Source: Nitrosopumilus sp. b3 | GTDB lineage: Archaea > Thermoproteota > Nitrososphaeria > Nitrososphaerales > Nitrosopumilaceae | DNA length: 32,000 bases | Assembly (NCBI RefSeq): GCF_014078525.1 | Contig: NZ_MU078694.1 | Span: 357,885-389,884 of the forward strand | Direction of reading: 5' to 3' | Shown: in pieces, positions 8,743 to 16,201 of the stretch | Numbering within the stretch: position 1 is the first letter of the stretch | Layout of the letters: every line of letters starts with the position of its first letter | The notes under the pieces: model-generated | Database searches by the model: none | What the model was told of the DNA's origin: nothing | The model's input: the letters and a program-made list of their open reading frames with translations, nothing else | Position numbers and translations under genes: made by a program

Positions 8743-9150
8743 TTACTTTGAATCAAGATTTTCTTTAACATATTCAGTGTATTTTCGGTAGAGTCCTGAC
8801 TGATATTGGGGGTTAGTTACAATTAATGATTTATTTTTTAAATCCTCTTTTGATTGATACATGTCTTTTTCAATGATTCCTTTTTCATCTAGTGTAATGC
8901 AAACGTCTTGCCATGAATGAACTTCTTTAGGATTTCTGTTTGCTGTTGCATAATATACATACAGCAATCTTAGTTTATTGAATTCATCCAGAGTCAAATC
9001 TTTTCCCATAATGTAATTTCTTTTCAAAGTGTGAAAATAGATCAAACCATCAGCAGTTAAAACATAATCAAAAAGTTTTGGGTAATCATCAACTGAAATT
9101 GGATATAGAGGATTTTTTTTCTGAGATCCCATATTCATATAAAGAGTCAA
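8743..9150 (-). CDS. Hypothetical protein (135 aa), downstream partner of the mini-RHH gene
   Basis: Long ORF 26 nt downstream of the 9177-9332 RHH ORF on the same strand. No motif recognised. Confidence 0.55.
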   Translation of the reverse strand: MTLYMNMGSQKKNPLYPISVDDYPKLFDYVLTADGLIYFHTLKRNYIMGKDLTLDEFNKLRLLYVYYATANRNPKEVHSWQDVCITLDEKGIIEKDMYQSKEDLKNKSLIVTNPQYQSGLYRKYTEYVKENLDSK

Positions 9151-9176
9151 TCCATGCTAATAATCATTTTTTTAAA

Positions 9177-9332
9177 TTATGTTTTGTATTTCTTGAGTCC
9201 TTCAGTTACAACCAAATTAAGTACGTGTGAAAAACTTACTGAAGATGACGTGTTCTTAATCATCTTTGCTTGAATGTTTCGAAGTTTTTCTATATTGGAG
9301 GGATCCATTACAACGGTGATTCTGTTGCTCAC
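9177..9332 (-). CDS. Ribbon-helix-helix (CopG/Arc-like) small DNA-binding protein, 51 aa (not in the ORF track)
   Basis: Hand translation: GTG(9330-9332) MSNRITVVMDPSNIEKLRNIQAKMIKNTSSSVSFSHVLNLVVTEGLKKYKT TAA(9177-9179). It has a beta-strand (RITVVM) followed by two helices, the RHH layout. It is a clear paralogue of the 13724-13870 ORF, sharing RxT, IQA(K/R)xIK and SxS..N. Confidence 0.6.
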   Translation of the reverse strand: MSNRITVVMDPSNIEKLRNIQAKMIKNTSSSVSFSHVLNLVVTEGLKKYKT

Positions 9333-9425
9333 GCGAATAATCCCCGAATCACCTATAAAAACAACTAAGATTTTGCCAGTTTACTGTATTGGAATTTATA
9401 TCAGCATAATTTACAATAATGCATA

Positions 9426-9893
9426 ATGGCAAAAGGCAGAATGAGATATTGGAAGATCACCTCAGAAGAGTTGGGAGGTTATTCTTATGATGAAAGTAAT
9501 TTGTTAAATTGGGAGATTAAATGTGTAAGAGAGCCTGAAGATGAGGCTATCTTTATCGGTGTTTTCATGTATAGAAATGGTACTGCATATGACTATGAAT
9601 CAGTTAAAGGAATTTGTTATTTTCACAACAACATAGACAGAAAAGAGTTGCCATCCATCACCAGTTTTCTTCAAGGAAAATTCAATGGGAAAGAAATGGA
9701 AAAAGGAGACAGAATTTTCCTCAAAGATTCAAAAGAAATCTATTCTGCTAAAGATATCAGCGATTTGGCAATAGAGATGGAATCTAAATTTAATACCAAA
9801 GCCATTATTTCTTTGGAATTTGAAGGCATTACTGCAGAGCAACTCAAAGAGGCAGGACTACCTGAAGCAAAGTTATTGCCAATCCCCACTTAA
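9426..9893 (+). CDS. Hypothetical protein (155 aa) immediately upstream of tatC
   Basis: Long ORF with a 15-nt gap to tatC on the same strand. No motif recognised. Confidence 0.6.
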   Translation: MAKGRMRYWKITSEELGGYSYDESNLLNWEIKCVREPEDEAIFIGVFMYRNGTAYDYESVKGICYFHNNIDRKELPSITSFLQGKFNGKEMEKGDRIFLKDSKEIYSAKDISDLAIEMESKFNTKAIISLEFEGITAEQLKEAGLPEAKLLPIPT

Positions 9894-9908
9894 TTGATAT
9901 AGTTTAGA

Positions 9909-10715
9909 ATGCAAAGTTATCCAATGTCTGAATTGGATGGCATAAATCAGCACCTAGAAGAGTTAAGAAAAAGATTACTTCGCATTGTATTAATTATCGG
10001 CATAATCACTGCGTTCATTTTGACTTTTCATGCAGAGCCCATCGAAATAGCAGGGGTTACTATCTACTATCCTTTGCCTGAACCGCTAAACAACATTGCA
10101 GCTCAAATTACAAATCATATGAAAACTAATCTTGTCCCAGAAGACGTCCAGTTAATTCAGACAGCCCCCGGACAAGCTTTCTTTGCACAAGTGTACATTG
10201 CAGCACTGGTAGGAATCGTAGTAGGAATGCCAGTAATTGTAAAAGAATTGGTAGGTTTTATCAAACCAGCATTAAAAGAAAACGAAATTCATGTTAGTAG
10301 AAATATCACACTTCCTGCTTTAGGATTATTCGTTGCAGGGTGTATCTTTTCATATAATTTAGTAATTCCATATATTTTGGATTTTTTGTACAGATATGGT
10401 GAATCGGCAGGTCTTGTAACTTTTCTCAACGTTATAGAATTTGTCACATTTGTTCTACAATTTTTACTGGCATTTGGTTTTTCATTTCAGCTTCCACTTG
10501 TAATGTATGCAATTTCTGTTTCAGGTATAGTTGATTCTAATTTTTGGAGAAAAAATATCAGATATGCAATTGTCATAATTGTGATCTTTGGAGCAATCAT
10601 CACACCAGATGGCAGCGGTGTTACAATGTGGTTTATTGCGGGCCCAATGATTGCACTTTATGGCATAGGCATGGCAGTGATTGAGCGTAAAGAGCGCAAA
10701 AAGTTGAACACTTAA
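9909..10715 (+). CDS. tatC: Twin-arginine translocase subunit TatC
   Basis: 268 aa with six predicted TM segments. 'HLEELRKRLL' at the N-terminus and 'ITPDGSG' near the C-terminus match the TatC family pattern. Confidence 0.9.
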   Translation: MQSYPMSELDGINQHLEELRKRLLRIVLIIGIITAFILTFHAEPIEIAGVTIYYPLPEPLNNIAAQITNHMKTNLVPEDVQLIQTAPGQAFFAQVYIAALVGIVVGMPVIVKELVGFIKPALKENEIHVSRNITLPALGLFVAGCIFSYNLVIPYILDFLYRYGESAGLVTFLNVIEFVTFVLQFLLAFGFSFQLPLVMYAISVSGIVDSNFWRKNIRYAIVIIVIFGAIITPDGSGVTMWFIAGPMIALYGIGMAVIERKERKKLNT

Positions 10716-10742
10716 ATCCAAATTTAATCAAATAATATTACA

Positions 10743-10973
10743 ATGTTAGGGATGGAGTTATCAAATTTCATTGCAGGGCAAGAGTGGATTTTTATCATAA
10801 TTATCGCAGTAGTGTTCATTTTTGGTGCAAAGAAGATCCCAGAACTTGCAAAGACTTTTGGTAAAGCAAAGGGAGAATTTGAAAAAGGAAAGATCGAGGC
10901 AGATAAAGATCTAAAAGAATTCAAAGAGGGAGTAAGCAAAGCCTCCAAAGATAAAGAAATTAAATCAGATTAA
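10743..10973 (+). CDS. tatA: Twin-arginine translocase subunit TatA/E
   Basis: 76 aa. A single TM helix is followed by the hinge and amphipathic helix 'FGAKKIPELAKTFGKAKGEFEKG', the TatA hallmark. Confidence 0.85.
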   Translation: MLGMELSNFIAGQEWIFIIIIAVVFIFGAKKIPELAKTFGKAKGEFEKGKIEADKDLKEFKEGVSKASKDKEIKSD

Positions 10974-11398
10974 TTTTCTGCAATTTTTACAAAATCATCT
11001 AAAATTTTAGCATAGTCATTCTCGAAGATATTTTTTCCAAATAAGCTTGAAATCTTTAGTTTTCCTTTAATTTTAAAGTCAACTTCAACCATAACTTTGG
11101 TCCCAGTTTCAAGTTCAAGGAATTTTTCCTTAAAGATACTTCCCTTTGCATCCCCTCCAATAACAAAAACCTCATGAGATACAGGAGAGTCCGATACATG
11201 TTTTGCCATGATAAGAAATTCCTTATCACCAAGTCGCAAATATTCTTCTACAACTGAAACATTATTTCGAACAGAGCGAACTCGAATTGACGGGAAATGT
11301 TTTGGGAAAAATTTTGGATAGTTCTCGTACTCGGAAAAAATTTTAAAGACGGATTCCCTTTTTGCGTCAATAATTCGTTCTAAAGAAAATTTTGGCAA
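10970..11398 (-). CDS. SRPBCC (START/polyketide-cyclase-like) ligand-binding protein
   Basis: 142 aa. 'I.A....VF.IFS.YENYPKFFP....S..V' at the N-terminus is typical of the Polyketide_cyc2/SRPBCC fold. Its stop overlaps the tatA stop in a shared TTAA. Confidence 0.7.
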   Translation of the reverse strand: MPKFSLERIIDAKRESVFKIFSEYENYPKFFPKHFPSIRVRSVRNNVSVVEEYLRLGDKEFLIMAKHVSDSPVSHEVFVIGGDAKGSIFKEKFLELETGTKVMVEVDFKIKGKLKISSLFGKNIFENDYAKILDDFVKIAEN

Positions 11399-11405
11399 TA
11401 GTGAT

Positions 11406-11963
11406 TTAGAAGGTACCCCATCGAGGGTATAAATTGTGCTCTATGTCAAATTGGTCCAAACATTTTCCAACTCCATGATTTACAATATCATCAATGGATT
11501 TGGGTTTTGTATAAAATTCAGTTACTGGAGGCAAAATCACAATTCCCAATCTAGAAAGCTTTAACATATTTTCTAAATGGATTGCAGATAATGGAGTCTC
11601 CCTCACCATTAAAATTAATTTTCTAGACTCTTTTATCGTGACACCGGCAGCCCTTGCAATTAATGTGTCATCATAGCCATTGGCAATTGCTGCCAATGTC
11701 TTCATACTGCAAGGAGCAATAATCATGCCATCAATTCTATGTGTTCCACTAGAAACACTTGATGCCATATTTTTTTCATCAGAAATAGTTGATGCAAGAG
11801 ATTTTACATAATCAATTGTATAGTCAGTCTCCATAGAGATGCATTTTTGGGCCCACTCAGACATTATCAAATGCGATTCAATATCTAATTTCTTGAGGGT
11901 TTCTAACATCCTAATTCCATAGAGGACACCAGTACTACCAGTAATTCCAATAACTAATTTCAA
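11406..11963 (-). CDS. ubiX: Flavin prenyltransferase UbiX
   Basis: 185 aa. 'IGITG(S/A)(T/S)G' at the N-terminus, 'PCSMKTLAAIANG' and 'RAA.V.LKE.R.L.L..RETPL' are UbiX/Pad1 flavoprotein motifs. Confidence 0.9.
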   Translation of the reverse strand: MKLVIGITGSTGVLYGIRMLETLKKLDIESHLIMSEWAQKCISMETDYTIDYVKSLASTISDEKNMASSVSSGTHRIDGMIIAPCSMKTLAAIANGYDDTLIARAAGVTIKESRKLILMVRETPLSAIHLENMLKLSRLGIVILPPVTEFYTKPKSIDDIVNHGVGKCLDQFDIEHNLYPRWGTF

Positions 11964-12020
11964 TAACTGTTCTACGGATGTGTAGTATTTTATCTAATAG
12001 ATAAGAAGGAATTATTGGCA

Positions 12021-12164
12021 CTAGATGTTTTGGGTGTTTTCAGATTCTTCAAGTTCTGATTCTTGTTTCATTTTTCGACGCTTTATCCATAATGAAATTC
12101 CACCAACAGTCATGGCTGTGAGTAAAATTACTCCAGCCATTTGGAGTTCAAAATGATATAGCAT
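12021..12164 (-). CDS. Candidate 47-aa single-pass membrane protein (not in the ORF track)
   Basis: Hand translation: ATG(12162-12164) MLYHFELQMAGVILLTAMTVGGISLWIKRRKMKQESELEESENTQNI TAG(12021-12023). The layout is a TM helix, then a basic stop-transfer KRRK, then an acidic tail. It lies 57 nt upstream of ubiX on the same strand. Confidence 0.35.
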   Translation of the reverse strand: MLYHFELQMAGVILLTAMTVGGISLWIKRRKMKQESELEESENTQNI

Positions 12165-12254
12165 ATCTAAAATAGTATCAGTGAAGGGAAAAATCTTGTG
12201 ATTTTGGCCGATCTTGAAAATTAGCTATATTAGCTCCCCATATCTAGGCATAAT

Positions 12255-13346
12255 GTGATTAAAAGTTCTGAGATTAAAAAAATAGTTAATGACTACTCAG
12301 ATGTCAAAATTGGAGTTCTAGGAAGTCATTCAGCATTAGAAATTATGGATGGTGCAAAAGATGAGGATTTTCAAACCAAAGTTTTCTGCCAAAAGGGAAG
12401 GGAAGGGCCTTATCAAAGATTTAACAGGATTGCAGATGAGGTTATTGTTTTAGACAAATTCAAAGATATGGCTTCTGCAAAAAATCAGAAAATATTACGA
12501 GATTCAAATACAATTATTGTTCCACACAGATCACTCACAGTTTATCTAGGTTACAAAACAATTGAAAATTCATTCAAAGTTCCTATTTTTGGAAATAGGA
12601 AATTGTTCCAAGCAGAGGAAAGGACTGCAAAAAAAGGACAGTATTACTTGCTAGAAAAAGCCAGAATAAAATACCCCAAATTATTCAAGGACCCCAAAAA
12701 AATTAACAAGCCATGTATAGTTAAAGTTCAAGAAAAAAATAGGCCTCTAGAAAGAGCATTCTTCACAGTTTCATCATACAAAGATTTTGTAGAAAAATCA
12801 GAATCAAAAATCAAGCAAGGTGTAATCTCAAGAAAGGATCTTGAAAAATCAAGTATTGAGGAATTGGCAATTGGAACATACATGAATTTTAATTTCTTCC
12901 ACACACCAATTTCAGACCAGGTAGATTTTATTGGAATTGAGCGAAGATTACAAACAAACATTCATGATTATAATGCATTACCAGCAAAGCAGCAACTAGA
13001 CATTGATGTGGATTTACAAAATATTGAAGTTGGCCACACCCCAGCAAGCATCAGAGAATCCCTTCTTGAAAAAGTCATAAAGATGGGAGACAAATTTGTA
13101 GCAGCTGTAAAAAGAGAATATGCACCTGGAATTATCGGACCATTTTCACTTCAAAGTGTAATTACAAAAGATTTGGAATTGATAGTATACGATGTTTCAT
13201 TAAGAGTTCCAGGAAATCCAATAGTTGCCACAACTAGTCCATATACAAAATATCAATATGGTACAACATTTGGAGTGGGAAGAAGAATTGCCATGGAGAT
13301 AAAACGAGCCCAAGAGGAAGGCCGTCTAGATGAAATAGTCACATAG
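12255..13346 (+). CDS. purP: 5-formaminoimidazole-4-carboxamide ribonucleotide (FAICAR) synthetase, archaeal ATP-grasp PurP
   Basis: 363 aa. 'I..LGSHSALEI..GAK.E.F.T...C..GR...Y' at the N-terminus plus an ATP-grasp C-terminal half are typical of archaeal PurP. GTG start. Confidence 0.9.
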   Translation: MIKSSEIKKIVNDYSDVKIGVLGSHSALEIMDGAKDEDFQTKVFCQKGREGPYQRFNRIADEVIVLDKFKDMASAKNQKILRDSNTIIVPHRSLTVYLGYKTIENSFKVPIFGNRKLFQAEERTAKKGQYYLLEKARIKYPKLFKDPKKINKPCIVKVQEKNRPLERAFFTVSSYKDFVEKSESKIKQGVISRKDLEKSSIEELAIGTYMNFNFFHTPISDQVDFIGIERRLQTNIHDYNALPAKQQLDIDVDLQNIEVGHTPASIRESLLEKVIKMGDKFVAAVKREYAPGIIGPFSLQSVITKDLELIVYDVSLRVPGNPIVATTSPYTKYQYGTTFGVGRRIAMEIKRAQEEGRLDEIVT

Positions 13347-13347
13347 A

Positions 13348-13360
13348 TTTTTTATTTCTT
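13348..13360 (+). terminator. Oligo-T tract (TTTTTTATTTCTT) directly after the purP stop codon
   Basis: A T6 run begins 2 nt after TAG 13344-13346. Archaeal RNA polymerase terminates at oligo-dT tracts (established knowledge). Confidence 0.35.
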
Positions 13361-13401
13361 AAATTAAGATTGTCAATTACAAAATTCTAGCAGTTAATTC
13401 A

Positions 13402-13409
13402 TTATAGAA
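13402..13409 (+). promoter_or_regulatory. TATA-like box (TTATAGAA) about 26 nt upstream of the G+C-rich structured island
   Basis: The spacing to the first G+C-rich nucleotides (13431-13432) fits the archaeal TATA-to-TSS distance. The match to the box consensus is only moderate. Confidence 0.3.
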
Positions 13410-13431
13410 AGTTCCACAAAGAAAAATTAAA

Positions 13432-13538
13432 GGCGCAAACCCCTAACTGCAGAACTATGAGAGATTCCCTCTCGTGGTCAAACGTCTAAACGCTTGATTG
13501 CCTTTATTCGTTCTGCGGGGCAGCGCAATCTAATCGCC
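13432..13538 (+). ncRNA. Candidate structured non-coding RNA of unknown class (about 110 nt)
   Basis: By my count about 51% G+C over 13431-13540, in a spacer that is otherwise well below that. It has a long interrupted closing helix: GCGC 13433-36 with GCGC 13523-26, CCCC 13440-43 with GGGG 13517-20, and GCAGAAC 13449-55 with GTTCTGC 13510-16. This helix encloses two hairpins. The first is GAGAG 13459-63 with CTCTC 13469-73. The second is TCAA-a-CGT 13478-85 with ACG-c-TTGA 13490-97, closing a CUAA loop. A TATA-like box lies upstream and T5 (13542-46) downstream. There is no ORF longer than 16 codons. Strand assignment rests on the flanking signals only. Confidence 0.4.
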
Positions 13539-13541
13539 AGA

Positions 13542-13546
13542 TTTTT
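13542..13546 (+). terminator. T5 tract directly after the structured island
   Basis: The sequence ...CGCCAG-A-TTTTT-C follows the 3' half of the closing helix. Confidence 0.3.
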
Positions 13547-13723
13547 CAACTAACGACATCAATTAGTATAAGACAAATAACTATTTAACATTTAGTATGA
13601 TTATTTTGAATAAAAATAACAAATAATTATAAATTTTAGTTAGGCATTAGCAATCAAATTTGATGAATAGAGTTGGCACTATTAGTAATTTGAAATGTCC
13701 CTAAAATACGGTAATTGAGAAAT

Positions 13724-13870
13724 ATGATCATGGGAAAAAGAGTTACAATTATGATACCAGATGATCTAGATAAAAAAATCCGTACGATTCAAGCACGAAA
13801 GATCAAAGAACAGGCTGCATCATATAGTTATTCAAAAGCAGTGAATGAAATTTTAAAAAAAGGTCTTTAA
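13724..13870 (+). CDS. Ribbon-helix-helix (CopG/Arc-like) small DNA-binding protein, 48 aa (not in the ORF track)
   Basis: Hand translation: ATG(13724) MIMGKRVTIMIPDDLDKKIRTIQARKIKEQAASYSYSKAVNEILKKGL TAA(13868-13870). It has a beta-strand followed by two helices and is a paralogue of the 9177-9332 ORF. Confidence 0.6.
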   Translation: MIMGKRVTIMIPDDLDKKIRTIQARKIKEQAASYSYSKAVNEILKKGL

Positions 13871-13976
13871 AAAGTACAAAAATATATTTTCAGTAAAGAC
13901 TTTACAACTTTGTTAATTGGTTAGATTGGAAATATACTGAATACCATTCGTTCTAATTTTGAATGATTAAAGCGGT

Positions 13977-14312
13977 TTGACATTCAAAATGGAATTGCTG
14001 ATGCCAATTAACAATACAAACTCTTTAGTGGTCATTTATGATCAACACAGTATGGGGAAAACTATTTTCATAAAAGAGATAGTCAGTATTTTAAATGAAC
14101 CAAGACTTTGTCTTACATGCCAAAAAGAAGACAGATTAGAGAAGAACATAGTAAGAGAAGAAAGATCAAATGGAAAAACTATCTTGTGTACAAGATGCGA
14201 GACATTGATTGTAATAACAAACCACAATTTGAAAAAAGTGGAATTATCTTCAACTAAAGATGATATAATTATGCTAAAAGAGCCACATTTGATTAGAAAG
14301 GTAGGATACTAG
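13977..14312 (+). CDS. Small zinc-ribbon protein (111 aa; start may be ATG 13989)
   Basis: Contains CLTC-x22-CTRC (C-x2-C ... C-x2-C), a zinc-ribbon signature. It lies 106 nt downstream of the RHH ORF on the same strand. The track start is TTG, and an in-frame ATG lies 4 codons later. Confidence 0.55.
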   Translation: MTFKMELLMPINNTNSLVVIYDQHSMGKTIFIKEIVSILNEPRLCLTCQKEDRLEKNIVREERSNGKTILCTRCETLIVITNHNLKKVELSSTKDDIIMLKEPHLIRKVGY

Positions 14313-14557
14313 TTTTTGTATTTTCCAAGCAATTCCCGAATAACATAATTTCTGACATTTGCAAATTCCCATTCCTTGAGATTTGCATTTCTACATTCTT
14401 CCTTAATTATAAGACCGGCCAAACCATGACTCCAGATATGACGTTTAGTATCATAAACTTCGATGATTTTTCCATGTTTGGTAATTTTTATTGCTCCATG
14501 ACATCTTTGAATAACTTGTGATGCTACATTTTGGTATATTTTTTCAAAATTGACCAT
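14309..14557 (-). CDS. Hypothetical protein (82 aa)
   Basis: ORF convergent with 13977-14312 (4-nt overlap). No motif recognised. Confidence 0.5.
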   Translation of the reverse strand: MVNFEKIYQNVASQVIQRCHGAIKITKHGKIIEVYDTKRHIWSHGLAGLIIKEECRNANLKEWEFANVRNYVIRELLGKYKN

Positions 14558-14718
14558 AAGATTAACACATGGAATTACATCAAAAAGGTTCTGATTATTC
14601 AGTGCATAATATTATACGATAGAGAACATCAGAGAAAATGCTGATGATTAATCAACAAACTAAGCTATACTGATAGATGATGAGTTTGCCGAATTATGAA
14701 GCATTTTTAGAAATATAA

Positions 14719-15111
14719 TCAAGATTGCATATCAATAACATCCACAGTCATAGATAATGGTGGAGATAGTGCTGAGGGAATATCAATACTTTCCCAAACA
14801 AAGACTTGGATATGATATATGCCAGTTTCCTTTGGAATCCATGATTGTGCAGGAGAAAAAGATTGGTTAGGAGACAAAGAACCAGTTAGCCAAGATAATG
14901 ATATCACAACATTATTCTCATTACTTACTTGGGTAATGTATGCAAAATTTTGTTGGATGTCCTGATTGTTTGAAATATCGGCCACGATCATGATTTGCTC
15001 ATCGACAAAATGGGTTTTAATTTCAGAAGATACTTCAGTGTTAACTGGATCTGCAAATGCTGTGCTCACACCAATCATCATAAGAAAAAATGAAAGAAGC
15101 AAAAATTTCAT
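14719..15111 (-). CDS. Secreted protein with Sec-type signal peptide
   Basis: 130 aa. Signal peptide MKFLLLSFFLMMIGVSTAFA-DP. The mature part alternates beta-strand-like hydrophobic patterns, suggesting an Ig-like/beta-sandwich fold. Confidence 0.65.
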   Translation of the reverse strand: MKFLLLSFFLMMIGVSTAFADPVNTEVSSEIKTHFVDEQIMIVADISNNQDIQQNFAYITQVSNENNVVISLSWLTGSLSPNQSFSPAQSWIPKETGIYHIQVFVWESIDIPSALSPPLSMTVDVIDMQS

Positions 15112-15147
15112 AACCAGTATTAATAGGATGTATATTTAATCTAGCTA

Positions 15148-15348
15148 TTGGGAGAGCTGCCTGAAAAATATCCAGAGTATTCTATAATGTACAAAACACT
15201 GTCTAATCAAATCAAAGTTTTGAAAAAAAGAAAAGAAAACTCTTTACAAAACGAAGTCATTGAAATAGATCAAAAAATTAAAAATTACCAATTAGAGATG
15301 TCAAAAATAAAGAAAATGTTCCCAGAGAATTTTTTTGAAGAGATTTAA
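15148..15348 (+). CDS. Small coiled-coil protein, 'YKxLS ... IKxMFPE' family (66 aa; TTG start, alternative ATG at Met14)
   Basis: It is a paralogue of 20450-20683. Both have YK(T/S)LS and, 41-42 residues later, (K/R)IK(K/D)MFPE followed by an acidic tail. Confidence 0.5.
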   Translation: MGELPEKYPEYSIMYKTLSNQIKVLKKRKENSLQNEVIEIDQKIKNYQLEMSKIKKMFPENFFEEI

Positions 15349-15567
15349 CTATTCATGAGAATGATCATGTCCACAATCACATTGATTTTCATCACCTTTG
15401 GAAGACATTAGTTTTTGCACCATTTCATCTCGAATTTTGAGTAAATCTCCAACTTGGGATTTTAATGAATCAGAATCCCATTTGGTTTGACTAAGTTCTC
15501 TTACAACATCAATAATTTCAAGATCTACATTAAGTAAATTATCCATTAACTGTTCTTGCTCATTCAC
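15349..15567 (-). CDS. Small helical protein with C-terminal Cys/His cluster (72 aa)
   Basis: The C-terminus is ...GDENQCDCGHDHSHE, a candidate metal-binding tail. The remainder is predicted helical. Its stop abuts the stop of 15148-15348. Confidence 0.5.
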   Translation of the reverse strand: MNEQEQLMDNLLNVDLEIIDVVRELSQTKWDSDSLKSQVGDLLKIRDEMVQKLMSSKGDENQCDCGHDHSHE

Positions 15568-15624
15568 ATAATTCTACAAAGACACTATGAAAAAAACTAT
15601 TCTAATCAACAATAATTTCAAAAT

Positions 15625-16062
15625 TTATGCCTCCATGCTTTCTTTTAGGAGATTTTTTCTAACAAGAATAGGGATATTGTAAAATGCCCCCAGAGCCATG
15701 GCATCTGAGGCTCGATAATTTCGCAATACAAGATCTTTTTTGCCTGTAAAATACAAATTTGCACGTAAGACCTCCCCGCTTTCATAGATTTTTACTTTGA
15801 CTAAAACCAATTCATTTTCTTCACAAATCTCCTCTATCATTTTGTAAATTGATGGTGCAGACTCCCCATCAGTGTCACCAAAACTGGAGATATGTCTAGC
15901 AACCTCACCTGAAAAAGCTCTCATGTGAAATTCTTTTCCACTATCAGCTTTTAGGACAACCATTCCCTCTACAGCATACGGATCCACAAATCCAACATAA
16001 TCAATTTTTACAGATTCGTAATCAGGTTCTTGTGCTTGATCAATTTCCATGATATTACGCAT
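15625..16062 (-). CDS. Bifunctional nuclease (BFN/DUF151) domain protein
   Basis: 145 aa. 'V.LK...GKEF.M....GEV..I' ... 'P.IYKMI.EI.E...L.LV.V.I' ... 'RASDAMALGAFYNIPILVRKNLL' follows the DUF151 DNase/RNase domain pattern. Confidence 0.7.
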   Translation of the reverse strand: MRNIMEIDQAQEPDYESVKIDYVGFVDPYAVEGMVVLKADSGKEFHMRAFSGEVARHISSFGDTDGESAPSIYKMIEEICEENELVLVKVKIYESGEVLRANLYFTGKKDLVLRNYRASDAMALGAFYNIPILVRKNLLKESMEA

Positions 16063-16201
16063 AAACTATCGGTTTAAAGCTTATAAAGATAGCAAATTTT
16101 TCAGATCAAAAATTGAAGAGATAATTTGTGAACTATTTTTATTCGATCAGAGGCTACGCGTAACCCCAAATTATTTAAAATCAACAGCAGTGGGTAGCTT
16201 A

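Noticed and set aside
9426-9893. Considered the 155-aa protein upstream of tatC as a Tat substrate because its N-terminus contains Arg residues (MAKGRMRYWKI)
   Set aside because: There is no S/T-R-R-x-F-L-K-like motif and no hydrophobic h-region following it. It looks cytoplasmic.
10724-10948. 74-aa minus-strand ORF overlapping tatA (and 10521-10721 overlapping tatC)
   Set aside because: They are antisense to genes with unmistakable TatA and TatC signatures.
10970-10973. Convergent genes sharing their stop codons in palindromic TTAA (also 20870-20873; TTAATTAA at 20089-20096)
   Set aside because: This is a real feature of the sequence, but it is a trivial consequence of genome compaction and TAA usage. 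It is not a separate functional element.
13431-13545. Tried to read the G+C-rich island as a tRNA (possibly intron-containing) or as 5S rRNA, on both strands
   Set aside because: There is no T-arm (GTTCRAAT-like 7-nt loop on a 5-bp stem), no D-arm and no plausible 7-bp acceptor stem with correct spacing. The base-paired core (~94 nt) is too short for 5S and its two inner hairpins are too small. Conserved 5S loop sequences (CCGAAC / AAGC-type) are absent. I also saw no C/D-box (RUGAUGA...CUGA) or ACA motifs. It is kept only as an ncRNA of unknown class.
16049-16201. N-terminal 51 codons of the track's 655-aa TrkH ORF
   Set aside because: This start would overlap the divergent gene start at 16062. 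It encodes non-domain sequence across what must be the shared promoter region. The in-frame ATG at 16202 immediately precedes the CBS domain.
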